A stretch of 29,192 bases of DNA from a virus (lineage: Duplodnaviria > Caudoviricetes), in the IMG/VR virus record IMGVR_UViG_3300042898_000606, positions 1 through 29,192 of that record; one strand, 5' to 3'. Below are positions 16,069 through 26,594 of this stretch, in pieces; within the stretch, counting starts at the first letter, position 1, and each line of letters begins with the position of its first letter. The position numbers and the translations under genes are program-made. Below the pieces are notes generated by a model. That model worked only from the letters and a program-made list of their open reading frames with translations, did not search any database and had not been told where the DNA came from.

Positions 16069-16417
16069 ATTCAAAGGAGAGGTGGTATTCATTACCCCGA
16101 CAACGTCAGTATCTGACAAATTTAAGAAGAGAGAAGTAACCCTGAAGTCTCAGGATGAGTACCCTCAGTACGTTACCTTCCAATTAACCCAGGATAAATG
16201 CGATCTAGCTAACAACCTGAAAGCAGGGGATGCGGTAGAGGTGAGTTATAACCTACGAGGCCGTAAATGGGAGGCACAAGATGGTACCATTAAGTACTTC
16301 AACTCCATTGAAGCATGGACTATGAGCCTGAGCTCAAAGGTAGAGAATAGTGCTGTTGATAAATTGAGAAAAACTTTTGACACTACAGATGAGAGCAGTA
16401 ACGATTTACCTTTCTGA
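16061..16417 (+). CDS. ssb: single-stranded DNA-binding protein (DUF3127 family)
   Basis: FKKRE, YPQ, NLRGRKW, YFNSIEAW and an acidic tail ending DLPF. Confidence 0.88.
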   Translation: MSKFKGEVVFITPTTSVSDKFKKREVTLKSQDEYPQYVTFQLTQDKCDLANNLKAGDAVEVSYNLRGRKWEAQDGTIKYFNSIEAWTMSLSSKVENSAVDKLRKTFDTTDESSNDLPF

Positions 16418-16610
16418 GGACCAACAGCTATCCGAATGGATGCGAAAAGAGATAACAGGCATGCTATCCAAGAGATATAAGCTAACCCATCTATCTGAGG
16501 ATATGAATGTGAATTATGCTAAGCTATACCGCTTCATGAGGGGTAGGAATGTAACCACTGAGATATATGATTCATTTTTTAGAGTATATTTGAAGTCATG
16601 GAACTCCTAA
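16389..16610 (+). CDS. HTH DNA-binding protein (Cro/XRE-like)
   Basis: LTHLSEDMNVNYAKLYRFMRG. Confidence 0.6.
   Translation: MRAVTIYLSEDQQLSEWMRKEITGMLSKRYKLTHLSEDMNVNYAKLYRFMRGRNVTTEIYDSFFRVYLKSWNS
16585..16592 (+). promoter_or_regulatory. host-sigma -7 element (TATATTTG) before the sigma-like operon
   Basis: Ends 5 nt before ATG 16598, the same geometry as the primase promoter. Confidence 0.5.
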
Positions 16611-16846
16611 CATTAATACCCTTGGCATGGTGGTGGTGCAATTTTGAGCCACTACAAGCAACTATTACAAGGATATACATGTCTTTTAGAATTGGCACAT
16701 GGGCTATACCCTTACTAGATGCATTGAGCTGTAGTAAGTGTGTAGCCTTTTGGCTTACATTAGCATGGCATCAGGATTTTATCCTTGCATGTCAGGCAGC
16801 ACTGGGTGCATACATACTTGAATTATGTTTGAACAAACTGACATAG
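16598..16846 (+). CDS. membrane protein with CxxC (DUF1360-like)
   Basis: Hydrophobic, LSCSKCVAFW. Confidence 0.65.
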   Translation: MELLTLIPLAWWWCNFEPLQATITRIYMSFRIGTWAIPLLDALSCSKCVAFWLTLAWHQDFILACQAALGAYILELCLNKLT

Positions 16847-17040
16847 AGATAATAGATAAGATAGATGCTACTGCGGATGCTGTGAAGTATTCTAAGCACT
16901 CCTGTGTTCAGCTCTATAAAATACGGGTCAAGTATGATGGGCCACAGCCTAGGGAATGCTTCTGTGCATCTGTTAGGCGTAAAGTGTGGTACAAAGACTT
17001 TATGAATTGGTATGAAAAGAGTCTTAGACAGGTACATTAG
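16825..17040 (+). CDS. small Cys-containing hypothetical protein
   Basis: 71 aa, ECFCAS. Confidence 0.65.
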   Translation: MFEQTDIEIIDKIDATADAVKYSKHSCVQLYKIRVKYDGPQPRECFCASVRRKVWYKDFMNWYEKSLRQVH

Positions 17041-17557
17041 TACCCATTACTACGAGGTAAGGGCTTACACGCTGTACTTTCTCACTAAGATGGGGAGTAA
17101 TATCGAGGCGGATACGGTTATTAATAACTCATACCTCCATGTACTAAGCATCAATGAGGATACTCAGAGCGAAGCCCAGGTGAAAAGCTACCTGCTCAAT
17201 ACCATCAAGTATCAGATTCTATGGAATACCTCACTAAGCCACAAGGATGATAGGGTTACTTCAATGGAATACGATGCATCTGAGCAGGAGGATAATGAGC
17301 AGGACCTACAGGCTAAGATACTAGAGGATAAAATATACAGTACTCAGAAGGGATTGATAGAGATATACAGAAGCGAGATAGATGATCATGTGCACAGGAT
17401 AGTATTTGAGGCATACATTGATAAGGGATACACCACAGCAAGAGGGATGGCTAAGTACTTTGATATACCGGTAACATCTGCTCACTATCTGATTCGAGAA
17501 ATTAAACAAAATTTACGCAAATTACAATATAGGTATGAGACTATCTCAAATAATTAG
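17012..17557 (+). CDS. divergent ECF sigma-like / late transcription activator
   Basis: Region-2-like ADTVINNSYL...YLLNTIKYQI and region-4-like HTH TARGMAKYFDIPVTSAHYLI; 181 aa; located just before the packaging genes. Confidence 0.6.
   Translation: MKRVLDRYISTHYYEVRAYTLYFLTKMGSNIEADTVINNSYLHVLSINEDTQSEAQVKSYLLNTIKYQILWNTSLSHKDDRVTSMEYDASEQEDNEQDLQAKILEDKIYSTQKGLIEIYRSEIDDHVHRIVFEAYIDKGYTTARGMAKYFDIPVTSAHYLIREIKQNLRKLQYRYETISNN
17505..17534 (+). promoter_or_regulatory. putative late promoter copy 3 (AACA-N16-CAATATAGGT)
   Basis: Inside the 3' end of the sigma-like gene, abutting ATG 17535. Confidence 0.7.
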
Positions 17558-17711
17558 CCTATTGGCTACGTTCACTGCTTTGACCGGTGCTGTGTTTTTG
17601 CTTAGAGATAACAGCACTCTAGCAATGAGAGCCTTTGGGATATGGGTAGTGCTTTATTATGCATGGCTATTTTTAGAACAATACGAATATGAAAAAGAAA
17701 GTAAAAAATGA
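17535..17711 (+). CDS. small 2-TM membrane protein, 58 aa (MRLSQIISLLATFTALTG...)
   Basis: Manually translated; starts directly after the late motif. Confidence 0.7.
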   Translation: MRLSQIISLLATFTALTGAVFLLRDNSTLAMRAFGIWVVLYYAWLFLEQYEYEKESKK

Positions 17712-17901
17712 GTACCTAGGTCAGTATATAACCAGGTACAATCCGTTGGGGTTTGAGACCTCATTCACAGTAACTGAAGAGACAGCTAACCAAGCTGAGC
17801 ACCTTACATCTGTAGGGTTAGGATATCTCTTTGAAGAGGTAGAGTCTGAAGCTAAGAGTAAAAAGTATAAAGGGGTAGAGCCTGAGTCAAATGAGGCCTA
17901 A
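17689..17901 (+). CDS. hypothetical protein
   Basis: 70-aa ORF upstream of terS. Confidence 0.7.
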   Translation: MKKKVKNEYLGQYITRYNPLGFETSFTVTEETANQAEHLTSVGLGYLFEEVESEAKSKKYKGVEPESNEA

Positions 17902-18313
17902 GCATATACCTACTCCCGAAGATATGTGGGATCTATTCGAGGCCTACAAGAGATGGTGTAAAGAAAACCCTAGATACTCCTATTCCCTATCTACTAAGAC
18001 AGGAGAGGCTACAGCAGTACCATTAGAGAGACCGCTTACTCAAGTGGGTTTCAGGACTTTTGCTGCTGAGAAAGGGCAGAGTGTTCAGGATTATTTTGCA
18101 AACTACGAGGGGAGATATTCCGCGTTCACGACAATCTGCTCACGCATAGAGGAGGCAATCCGCATGGACCAAATCGAGGGGGGTATGGTTGGGCAGTACA
18201 ATGCTTCCATTACTCAACGTCTAAACAACTTAACTGAGAGGGTTGACACTACCACTAAGGGAGATAAGATAGAGAGCATACAGGTAACCATAGTGCGGCC
18301 TGATGCAGATTGA
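17891..18313 (+). CDS. terS: terminase small subunit (P22 gp3-like DNA packaging protein)
   Basis: TPEDMWDLFEAY, RPLTQVG and GMVGQYNASITQRL motifs; upstream of terL. Confidence 0.85.
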   Translation: MRPKHIPTPEDMWDLFEAYKRWCKENPRYSYSLSTKTGEATAVPLERPLTQVGFRTFAAEKGQSVQDYFANYEGRYSAFTTICSRIEEAIRMDQIEGGMVGQYNASITQRLNNLTERVDTTTKGDKIESIQVTIVRPDAD

Positions 18314-18470
18314 ATTCATGTGTGCCGTGGTTGAGGACTACATCTACAAAATGAAAGGCGTACAGGTTAGGATAGATAGGAGGGCAGTAGCTACCGATGG
18401 CAGGCAGATGGCTATGCTAATGAATGCATTTCAAATAGCTAATGGAAATAAAGAGCACAGTAATATTTGA
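18303..18470 (+). CDS. hypothetical protein, 55 aa (MQIEFMCAVVEDYIYKMKG...)
   Basis: Manually translated; bridges terS and terL with overlaps. Confidence 0.6.
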   Translation: MQIEFMCAVVEDYIYKMKGVQVRIDRRAVATDGRQMAMLMNAFQIANGNKEHSNI

Positions 18471-19593
18471 GAAAAACTACGAGGCACTCAATGACCCGGG
18501 GATAAGGTTTGTAATTAATGAGGGAGGCTCACGTTCCTCCAAGACCTATAGCCTTTGTCAGTTAGTTATCATCTATTGCTTACAGAACAACCATAAGGTA
18601 GTATCTGTTATTCGTAAGACATTCCCTGCTCTAAGGGCTACAGTACTCAGAGACTTCATTGAGATACTCAAGGAACTCAATATCTATTCAGTAGAGGACC
18701 ACAATAAGAGTGAGCACATCTACACGTTCCCTAATGGGTCCATCGTGGAATTCTTTAGTGTGGATGATGAGCAAAAGATACGGGGCCGCAAGAGAGACAT
18801 TGCATGGTGTAACGAAGCCAATGAGCTATACTTCGATGATTTCACTCAGCTGAACATGAGAACAGAGAGTAAGCTAATCTTTGACTACAACCCTAGTGAA
18901 TCTACCTCATGGCTCTATGAGCTACCACAAGAGGAGAGCATCATGATTAAGTCAACGTACAGGGATAACCCATTCCTACCTCAGAGTATCAGGACTCAGA
19001 TAGAGGACCTAAAGAGAACGGATGAGGCACTGTATCAAATCTATGCCTTGGGTGAGAAAGCAATCAGCAAGAGTAACATCTATTCTCAGTGGTCATTCGT
19101 GGCACATAGGCCTGCTAGGTTTGTCAAGTTTGTATACGGCTTAGACTTTGGATACAATCACCCTACCGCACTCATGAGGGTGTACTACTGTGATAAGGAT
19201 ATATACGTTGAGCCTGTGATATATGAAAGCTACCTGACTACTACCATGCTGATTGAAAGGTTAGCAAGCCTAGGCATAGAGCAGACTGTTAGCATACTAG
19301 CAGACTACTCAAGGCCTGAGATTATACAGGAAATGAATATAGCAGGCTATGATGTACTGAATGCAAACAAGGTAGTTAAGAAAGGGATAGATAACCTTAA
19401 GACCTTTGGCGTTATATGCCAGGATGATAAGGCACTCAAGAGGGAGTATGAGAATTACAAGTGGAAAAAGGTAGGGGACTTTATAACAGATGAGCCGGTT
19501 AAGTTATTCGATGATGCCATGGATGCAATCAGGTACGCGACTACTCACATTAAGCAGCAGTATTATTCGGATGATGTCTACTATGCATTCTAG
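18442..19593 (+). CDS. terL: terminase large subunit (PBSX/SPP1-like)
   Basis: Walker A GGSRSSKT, Walker B AWCNEA, DYNP; nuclease GLDFG and DDAMDA. Confidence 0.95.
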   Translation: MEIKSTVIFEKNYEALNDPGIRFVINEGGSRSSKTYSLCQLVIIYCLQNNHKVVSVIRKTFPALRATVLRDFIEILKELNIYSVEDHNKSEHIYTFPNGSIVEFFSVDDEQKIRGRKRDIAWCNEANELYFDDFTQLNMRTESKLIFDYNPSESTSWLYELPQEESIMIKSTYRDNPFLPQSIRTQIEDLKRTDEALYQIYALGEKAISKSNIYSQWSFVAHRPARFVKFVYGLDFGYNHPTALMRVYYCDKDIYVEPVIYESYLTTTMLIERLASLGIEQTVSILADYSRPEIIQEMNIAGYDVLNANKVVKKGIDNLKTFGVICQDDKALKREYENYKWKKVGDFITDEPVKLFDDAMDAIRYATTHIKQQYYSDDVYYAF

Positions 19594-19594
19594 A

Positions 19595-19624
19595 AACAAA
19601 ACACCAGGATAAAATAATATAGGT
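19595..19624 (+). promoter_or_regulatory. putative late promoter copy 4 (AACA-N16-TAATATAGGT)
   Basis: Fills almost the entire terL-tail gap, abutting ATG 19625. Confidence 0.75.
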
Positions 19625-21091
19625 ATGGCAATGACATTAAAGGCAGCACCTCAAGTGCTCACCCCTGCATACAACCCTATCAAGTATATCTATGATAGCA
19701 CCAACAAAAACATTGGAGGCTTTAAGTATATCTTTGAGGTGTACGAGTCAGGCACTGCCAATCAGATAGCAGAGTACAGGGTGCTCCCTGTTTTCTCTAC
19801 AGGCTACGGAGAGATAGACCTAAGCAAGCTATTGCAAGCCAAGGTAAGCTATGACCTATTCCCTACTAACACCACAGCATATCCTGCACCAAACAGTCAT
19901 TACAAGTATGATGTCAAGGTAGGTGAGGAGTATCTTACTACTACCACGTTCACCACTACTATGAGTCAGTACACTACTGCACCATACTCAGGAAGAGTAC
20001 AGCTGAATGGAGCTAACACATTTGTGGTAGGTGATCAGATAGTCTTGACACAAACATTTATAGGTACAGTCAACCCTACCCTTGACGGCCTGTACACTGT
20101 GCTCGTAGCTACACCTACATTCATTGTTATTAACTTCCTATGGTCAGGAATCATTAACCCTAACAAGGATGTTGACATTACCTATGCCGATGGGAGAAAG
20201 ACTGTAACCTACAACATCATTAGTGACCTGAATAACTACGTCTTTAATGGTGCACTGCCTTGGACTGAGTGGCCATCATGGAACCAGGCTAACTATAACT
20301 TGAGCAGTAACACTGACAAGTTCCTTACCTCCATTCCTGCTACCAACTTTTACTCTACCTTATCTCAGGACCTATGGATGAACGCAGTCTATGGCGCTAT
20401 ACCTGGAGGAACGCACAGGATAGTATTCACCAATGATGGGGGTGATGTGTTGAGAAAGACAGTGACTGCCTCAGACCACGTAACAGGGAATGCGGTAGGT
20501 CCTAACAATGCAGGCACCTTGACTGTAGTCTCGGGTACACTGCCATTGATTAAGCCTACCACTCAGTGGTATGAGTACTACTATCAGCACAATGGTGCAC
20601 AGGTAACACAGAGCTACCGAGTGAACATAGATCGTAGAACACAGAGCCAAGAGTACAGCATTATATTCCTTGACCGCTATGGCTCATGGGGTAGCTTTGC
20701 ATTCACAGGCAGAGCCTATGAGAAAGGCAACGTAACTCGTGAGCAGTACAACATGGATGTGCAAGGTAAGATAGCTAGCAGTGAGTGGACCTATGACCTG
20801 ATAGATAGAGGGTACATTAACAGCTATGTAACAGTAGAGGAAACCATTGACCTGAATACTGATTGGATGACTCAGGACATGGCTACCTATTTTACTGAGC
20901 TAATCAGTTCACCCTACACATACTTCAAGGTAAGCAACTACGATGTGAGCTGCGATGTACCTACAAGCACAGCCTATGTGAGCTGCAACATAGTGACCTC
21001 TAGCTATGAATACTACAAGCAACGGAATAAGAATCTAATCAAGCAAAGCATTACTATTAAGCTAGCTAATAACGACATGGTCAATGGTTAG
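19625..21091 (+). CDS. tail tip / distal tail structural protein
   Basis: 488 aa, Thr/Tyr-rich; FLDRYGSWGSFAF and LNTDW motifs; first gene of the tail operon. Confidence 0.6.
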   Translation: MAMTLKAAPQVLTPAYNPIKYIYDSTNKNIGGFKYIFEVYESGTANQIAEYRVLPVFSTGYGEIDLSKLLQAKVSYDLFPTNTTAYPAPNSHYKYDVKVGEEYLTTTTFTTTMSQYTTAPYSGRVQLNGANTFVVGDQIVLTQTFIGTVNPTLDGLYTVLVATPTFIVINFLWSGIINPNKDVDITYADGRKTVTYNIISDLNNYVFNGALPWTEWPSWNQANYNLSSNTDKFLTSIPATNFYSTLSQDLWMNAVYGAIPGGTHRIVFTNDGGDVLRKTVTASDHVTGNAVGPNNAGTLTVVSGTLPLIKPTTQWYEYYYQHNGAQVTQSYRVNIDRRTQSQEYSIIFLDRYGSWGSFAFTGRAYEKGNVTREQYNMDVQGKIASSEWTYDLIDRGYINSYVTVEETIDLNTDWMTQDMATYFTELISSPYTYFKVSNYDVSCDVPTSTAYVSCNIVTSSYEYYKQRNKNLIKQSITIKLANNDMVNG

Positions 21092-23936
21092 GATACAACT
21101 AGCAACAGGCTACCTTGATGTTAAGGAGGGCACAGCATTCCCCTTAAGTTTTCAGGTAGGGGATATCAGAGATATATCTCAAAGGAAAGGTAGCTTCTCT
21201 AAGACCATTACATTGGTAGGCAGTAAGAATAACAATAACCTACTTAACCACTACTATGATGTTAACATTGTAGCCGGTACCTTTAACATCAATGCATTAA
21301 CTACCTGCTCAGTTATTCAGGATGGTATCCCTGTCATGGAAAATGCTAGCATGCAGCTAACCTCAGTTAAAAAGGTGCAGCTCACTGAGCAGTATGAGGA
21401 GCATGTGGAGTATGAGGTATTGATTAAAGAAAGCAAAGCAGATTTCTTTACAGCTATAAATAACAAGGAGCTAACTGATATAGACTTCAGTGACTTCAAT
21501 CATGCCTATGATGCATTCAATGTATTCAATAGGTTTAGCAATACAGTGGTAGATGGCTTCAAGTACTTCCTCCCAGGTAGTGGTAGTGTGTTCACTGTTA
21601 CTCAAGAGTATAAGCCTGCCATCTTTGCTAAGACTTACTTCGATCGTATCTTTCAGGATGCAGGATTTACATACAGTTGGCCTGACTTGGTAGATGATAA
21701 GTTTGACAGGTTAGTCATTCCATACAATGGGGATACAGATAACTTTGACTACAATGATTATACGGTCAAGGCTAGTGCAGGACCTAAGACATTTATATCT
21801 ACAGGCTTTGCAGGTAGTGTAGGAGCTCAGCCTACATTCAATTTAACTAACATGCCATGGACGGAGATAGAGGACCCTCAGAATATCTTTAACCCTGTCT
21901 TGGGTAACTACACCATACCATTTAATATCAGCTCAAACAACTCGCAGCAGTATGACTACAGTGTAACTATGACCTATGAGCTAAGGCTAGTGAACTCCCA
22001 TACCGGTACATTGTACTCAGGTACTAATACCTTTGCCTCACCTGTGTTCTACAGACCTAGGCTATTGGCTAATGTTAACACTACTCAAGTAGCTGCTGTT
22101 AACCTATACACTAACCCTGCTCCATTGAATGGAAGTACTGCTATTACCTATGCAGTGCAGAGCCCTACCTCCATCCCTGTAGGTACCACTACAATCTTAA
22201 GCCAAACAGTTACGGCTAGTATACCTGTGACTGCTCCGAGTGTACCATCGGGTGCTACAGCATTCTTAAAGTTTGATGTGATTAAGGATAGCTTTCAGTT
22301 GCCTAACCAACCTGCTCTTAACCCAGCTTGGAGAACAGGCTCAGCTACAGGCCCTCTATGTGCTGCTAACAAAATCAGGATGCATGTAGTAGTAACTAGC
22401 ATTAACATTAGCATTACCCCATCCAATAACATTTATGCGAGTGCGGGTATCATTGATGTTAATGACTACGTGCCTCAGAAGATAAAGCAGAATGATTTTG
22501 TTAAGGCTATATTCAACATGTATAACCTGTATGTAGATGTAGATAAAAACCAACCTAATCAGCTCAACCTAATCCATAGGGATGCATACTACGATGCAGG
22601 TCAAGAGGTAGATTGGACATACAAGCTAGCCAAGGATAGAGAGCAATCATTGTCGTTCCTACCTGAGCTAACAAGTAAGAAACTAATACTCACCTACACG
22701 CCTGATACGGATGGCCCTAATGCTACGTACACTACAGCTACCAATCAGATATACGGGCAGGCAGAGGTAGTCTTTGATAACGAGTATGTAAAGGATGTAA
22801 CTACTAAGCCTGTGCTCTTTGGTCCTACTCCAATCATTAAGAGTGCATTCGGTGCATTTGTACCAATGCTATCAGGGCAGGCACCTAAGACTAACATCCG
22901 TATCCTGTATGATAGCACCGCAGATGTAGGTTTAACATCCTGCTCACCATACCATATCTATGACTATGGTACTGTAGGTATGCAAAGTGTTACTAGCTAT
23001 CCCTATGTAGGCCACTTCGATAACCCACTCAACCCTACCTGGGATTTAAACTTCTCAGTGTGTGCGTTCTACTACTACCAACCATCAAGCCTAACCGATA
23101 ACAATCTATATAACAGGTATTGGAGGAGGACCATGGGGCAGATTAATAGTGGTAAGATGTTAACTGCCATGTTTAATCTTAAGGATACAGACATCCAAGC
23201 TATGAGGCTCAATGATAAGATACGCATTGACAACTCGTGGTGGAATATTAACAGGGTCATTGATTACAATGCCAATGCTAATCAGCTCACACAGGTAGAG
23301 CTAATCAGTATAGATAGTGAGATAAACTTCATGCCGTTTATTAACCCATTTGGAACACCAGGTGTGGGGCTGCCTAACATCTCAGGAATACAGCAGGTAG
23401 CTAACAGCACTGTAGTTAATACTAAGAGCATGAACAGCAACGTGCTTACAGGTGGTCAAGTGATTGGTGAGGTAGTGAACCGGGGTAACGTGGTACCTGG
23501 GGGGCTCAGAGTAATGGTAGCCACTGAGGGGTACAGTGTAGAGGATGATGGCATAGTTACTGACAACCTAGTGGTAAGGGGCCGCATGAACGGGATACCT
23601 ATTGAGCCATCATGTTACAAGTACACAGCTATACTTTTGCAAACAGGAACAGCTGCCCCTACAGTAGATGTCAAAGAGTCTAGCTTTGGGGATATAGAGT
23701 GGACTCGAGTTGCCGTAGGTCAGTATCAGGGAGTTATACAAAATTGGGAGATAGGAACTATCCTGGATAGTGAGCTAACTGTTATGATAAACAATGTTAA
23801 TCCTGACGGAGTAATTAGTGCTCAGTATATAATATCGGGGAATAGATTAGATATAACAACAACTCAGATAGGTGTGGGCTATGTAGATGGCTACCTTAAT
23901 TATACTACTATCGAAATAAAATATTACAAGCCATAA
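21084..23936 (+). CDS. large tail tip / baseplate hub protein
   Basis: 950 aa; DIRDISQRKGSFSKTI, KQNDFVKAIFNMYNL and DWTYKL motifs; beta-rich central insert. Confidence 0.65.
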   Translation: MVRIQLATGYLDVKEGTAFPLSFQVGDIRDISQRKGSFSKTITLVGSKNNNNLLNHYYDVNIVAGTFNINALTTCSVIQDGIPVMENASMQLTSVKKVQLTEQYEEHVEYEVLIKESKADFFTAINNKELTDIDFSDFNHAYDAFNVFNRFSNTVVDGFKYFLPGSGSVFTVTQEYKPAIFAKTYFDRIFQDAGFTYSWPDLVDDKFDRLVIPYNGDTDNFDYNDYTVKASAGPKTFISTGFAGSVGAQPTFNLTNMPWTEIEDPQNIFNPVLGNYTIPFNISSNNSQQYDYSVTMTYELRLVNSHTGTLYSGTNTFASPVFYRPRLLANVNTTQVAAVNLYTNPAPLNGSTAITYAVQSPTSIPVGTTTILSQTVTASIPVTAPSVPSGATAFLKFDVIKDSFQLPNQPALNPAWRTGSATGPLCAANKIRMHVVVTSINISITPSNNIYASAGIIDVNDYVPQKIKQNDFVKAIFNMYNLYVDVDKNQPNQLNLIHRDAYYDAGQEVDWTYKLAKDREQSLSFLPELTSKKLILTYTPDTDGPNATYTTATNQIYGQAEVVFDNEYVKDVTTKPVLFGPTPIIKSAFGAFVPMLSGQAPKTNIRILYDSTADVGLTSCSPYHIYDYGTVGMQSVTSYPYVGHFDNPLNPTWDLNFSVCAFYYYQPSSLTDNNLYNRYWRRTMGQINSGKMLTAMFNLKDTDIQAMRLNDKIRIDNSWWNINRVIDYNANANQLTQVELISIDSEINFMPFINPFGTPGVGLPNISGIQQVANSTVVNTKSMNSNVLTGGQVIGEVVNRGNVVPGGLRVMVATEGYSVEDDGIVTDNLVVRGRMNGIPIEPSCYKYTAILLQTGTAAPTVDVKESSFGDIEWTRVAVGQYQGVIQNWEIGTILDSELTVMINNVNPDGVISAQYIISGNRLDITTTQIGVGYVDGYLNYTTIEIKYYKP

Positions 23937-23937
23937 C

Positions 23938-26157
23938 ATGAATGAAGTAGAGATACCATTAAAGATAAGTGGCATTGCTGCCATCAAAGCGGAGCTTAGA
24001 GACCTTAAGGGGCAGATAGCGGAGTCTACTGATCCCGAATCAATGACCGTCTTAGCTGAAAGAGCAGGAGCATTAAAGGACCAACTTAAGGATGCTAATG
24101 AACAGGTCAATGTATTTGCTTCCGGGTCAAAGTTTGAGCAAGTATCTAATAGCTTTGGCTCTATTAAGAATGACATAATGAGCCTTGACTTCGAGGGTGC
24201 AGCTGAAAAGTCTAAGGCCTTTGCAAAAACATTAGGGAGCATTAACCCTAAGGACCTAGGCAAAGCATTCGGAGGCTTGATGACTACCTTAAAGACAGTG
24301 GGGGGAGCCTTTGTAAAGTTAGGTATGCAGATACTAGCTAACCCACTCTTTTTATTGGTGGCTGTTATTGTGGCTATTGTGGCTGTAGTACTAATCTTTC
24401 TAAATAAGATAGGTGTGCTACAGAAAGTCATTGACTATTTAATGATACCTATCAACGCATTGATTCAGGGATTAAAGGATTTAGGTGATTGGCTAGGATT
24501 AACTAGCTATGCTGCAGATGAGAACGCAGATAGAATGGCTAAGGCTAATGAGAAAATAACAGAGAGCTCTAAGAAACGTACTGAGTTATTAGGTGAGAAC
24601 TATGACCAGGAGATAGCCATGGCTAAGATAGCAGGTGAGGACACTACTCAGCTCGAGCTTGACAAGTCGAGGTCAACAGAGAAAGAGGCTATTAAAAGAA
24701 AGAACTCAGCTAAGAAAGCTCTTGAAGCAATGGCCCATCAAGAGGGTGAGGAAGCCACAAAAAAACGGGAGGCATTACGCAAGCAGATAGAGGATGAGAA
24801 TAAAATTATTCGAGGTGGTGTTAATCAGCGCAAGTTAATAAAGGCTCAAGAGATAGCAGATGAGAAAGCTGCAGAAAAGAAAGCAGATGAGGCAGCAGAG
24901 GCAGCAGCAGCTAAGGCAGCAGCAGCAGCAGAGAAGGCTAGAGAAAAAGCTAAGGCAGCTGCTAAGCAAAGACTAGATAACGCTAGGGCATTGAGAGACT
25001 TTGAGCTCACACAGATACAGGATGCCAATGCAAGAGAGGTAGCTATCGTAAATGAGAAGTATGCCAGGTTAATGAATGACCTGAAAACGGATGCCACTAA
25101 AACAGCAGAGGAGAAAGCTAAGTTTAATGCGATGTTTATATTGCAACAGCAGCAGGAACTTGATAAGCTAGCAACAGATAAGGCTAAGATTGAAGCGGAT
25201 AACTTAAAGAAAGGTAATGAGATTATAGCTGATTTACAGCTGCAGATGATGGAGGAGGGAACTGAGAAAGAACTCGCCATGACTAAGACAAAGTATGACA
25301 AGCTACGAGCTCAGACCTTAGCAGATACCACACTAACCGAGGAGCAGAAGAAAGTACTTACTCAATTATACAATGATCAGGAGGAGGCAGAAAATCAGAA
25401 GAGAACAGATGCCAAGTTAAAGCAACAGGAAACCCTTGCTAAGACGTTAGCAGATGCTGAGCTTACTGAGGACCAAAAGAAACTGCAAGCACTTCAAACA
25501 AAGTATGACGCAGAGTATAAACTAGCAGAGGGTAATGTTGCCCTGCAGTTAGCTCTTAGTAATAAATTCAAAAACGATACAATAGATATAGAACGAGATG
25601 CATCTAATCTTAAAGTTGAAAACGCTAAAAAAGAAAGGGATGCAAAAATACAGCTAGCAGGAGACATAGCCACAGGTATTCAAAATGTAGGTGCTGCCTT
25701 TATTAAGGACCAAAAGAAACTCGAGAAGTTCAACAAGGCAATGGCATTAGTGCAGATAGGTATTGATACTGCCAAGGCAATCTCTGCATTAGTTGCTGCA
25801 TCACAATCTAACCCCTCCAATGCTGTTACCTTTGGAGCGTCAGGTATTGCACAATTTGCTGCAGGTATCATACAGATTGCTACCAACGTAGCCAAGGCTA
25901 AGTCTATACTAACATCAGGCGGCACCCCATCAGGCGGTGGCGGCGGTGGCGGCGGTGATACAGGTGGCACCCCTAACGTAGCACAGCAAGTACCACAGGG
26001 AGCACAGCTATTTGGCTCAGCTAATGCAGGAGGTACAATGAGTGCAGGAGGTGGTACAAATAATAGCTCTATGACTGTGACCGCTGTAGTATCAGAGACC
26101 CAGGTAACCAACGTACAGAATAAGATTAATAAGATTAACAAAAACGCTGAACTATAA
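23938..26157 (+). CDS. tail tape measure protein
   Basis: Long A/K/E-rich coiled coil, hydrophobic segment after NP, Gly-rich C terminus ending VVSETQVT. Confidence 0.85.
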   Translation: MNEVEIPLKISGIAAIKAELRDLKGQIAESTDPESMTVLAERAGALKDQLKDANEQVNVFASGSKFEQVSNSFGSIKNDIMSLDFEGAAEKSKAFAKTLGSINPKDLGKAFGGLMTTLKTVGGAFVKLGMQILANPLFLLVAVIVAIVAVVLIFLNKIGVLQKVIDYLMIPINALIQGLKDLGDWLGLTSYAADENADRMAKANEKITESSKKRTELLGENYDQEIAMAKIAGEDTTQLELDKSRSTEKEAIKRKNSAKKALEAMAHQEGEEATKKREALRKQIEDENKIIRGGVNQRKLIKAQEIADEKAAEKKADEAAEAAAAKAAAAAEKAREKAKAAAKQRLDNARALRDFELTQIQDANAREVAIVNEKYARLMNDLKTDATKTAEEKAKFNAMFILQQQQELDKLATDKAKIEADNLKKGNEIIADLQLQMMEEGTEKELAMTKTKYDKLRAQTLADTTLTEEQKKVLTQLYNDQEEAENQKRTDAKLKQQETLAKTLADAELTEDQKKLQALQTKYDAEYKLAEGNVALQLALSNKFKNDTIDIERDASNLKVENAKKERDAKIQLAGDIATGIQNVGAAFIKDQKKLEKFNKAMALVQIGIDTAKAISALVAASQSNPSNAVTFGASGIAQFAAGIIQIATNVAKAKSILTSGGTPSGGGGGGGGDTGGTPNVAQQVPQGAQLFGSANAGGTMSAGGGTNNSSMTVTAVVSETQVTNVQNKINKINKNAEL

Positions 26158-26594
26158 TGAACTCACTACAAGCAATCATAGATCACATTGAGCTGTTCTA
26201 CAATAACCATCTACAAGTAAAGAAAGTAGGCAGTGATTTCAAGGAGCAACTGTTCAACTTTGCTACACAGGATGAGAAATATCCTATCGTTTTTGTGGTA
26301 CCGGTAAGTGTTAACCCTACCGAGAACACATCCGAGTTTAACTTTGACATCTACTGCTTTGACATCATACAAAAAGATAGGGCTAATATCATAACTATCC
26401 TAAGTGATACACAGCAGATACTCAATGACCTCTATGTGTACTACATGACATCCACTGACTACTCATTTGATGTGATAGGGCTACCATCATTCCAAGCACT
26501 CAACAATGATTTACTTGACTATGCTGCAGGCTATGTCATGAACATCACACTAACGGTGAATGATTGGACTGATTGTGCTGTGCCACTTAATTAA
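26157..26594 (+). CDS. tail completion/terminator-like protein
   Basis: 145-aa acidic protein with a YP motif, coupled to the tape measure gene. Confidence 0.55.
   Translation: MNSLQAIIDHIELFYNNHLQVKKVGSDFKEQLFNFATQDEKYPIVFVVPVSVNPTENTSEFNFDIYCFDIIQKDRANIITILSDTQQILNDLYVYYMTSTDYSFDVIGLPSFQALNNDLLDYAAGYVMNITLTVNDWTDCAVPLN

Noticed and set aside
25933-25957. GGC/GGT microsatellite (and GCA run near 24890-24930)
   Set aside because: Simply encodes poly-Gly and poly-Ala linkers of the tape measure protein.
24846-26141. Long minus-strand ORFs opposite the tape measure gene (also 23847-24431)
   Set aside because: Antisense shadows of biased Ala/Lys/Glu/Gly codons, with no initiation signals.
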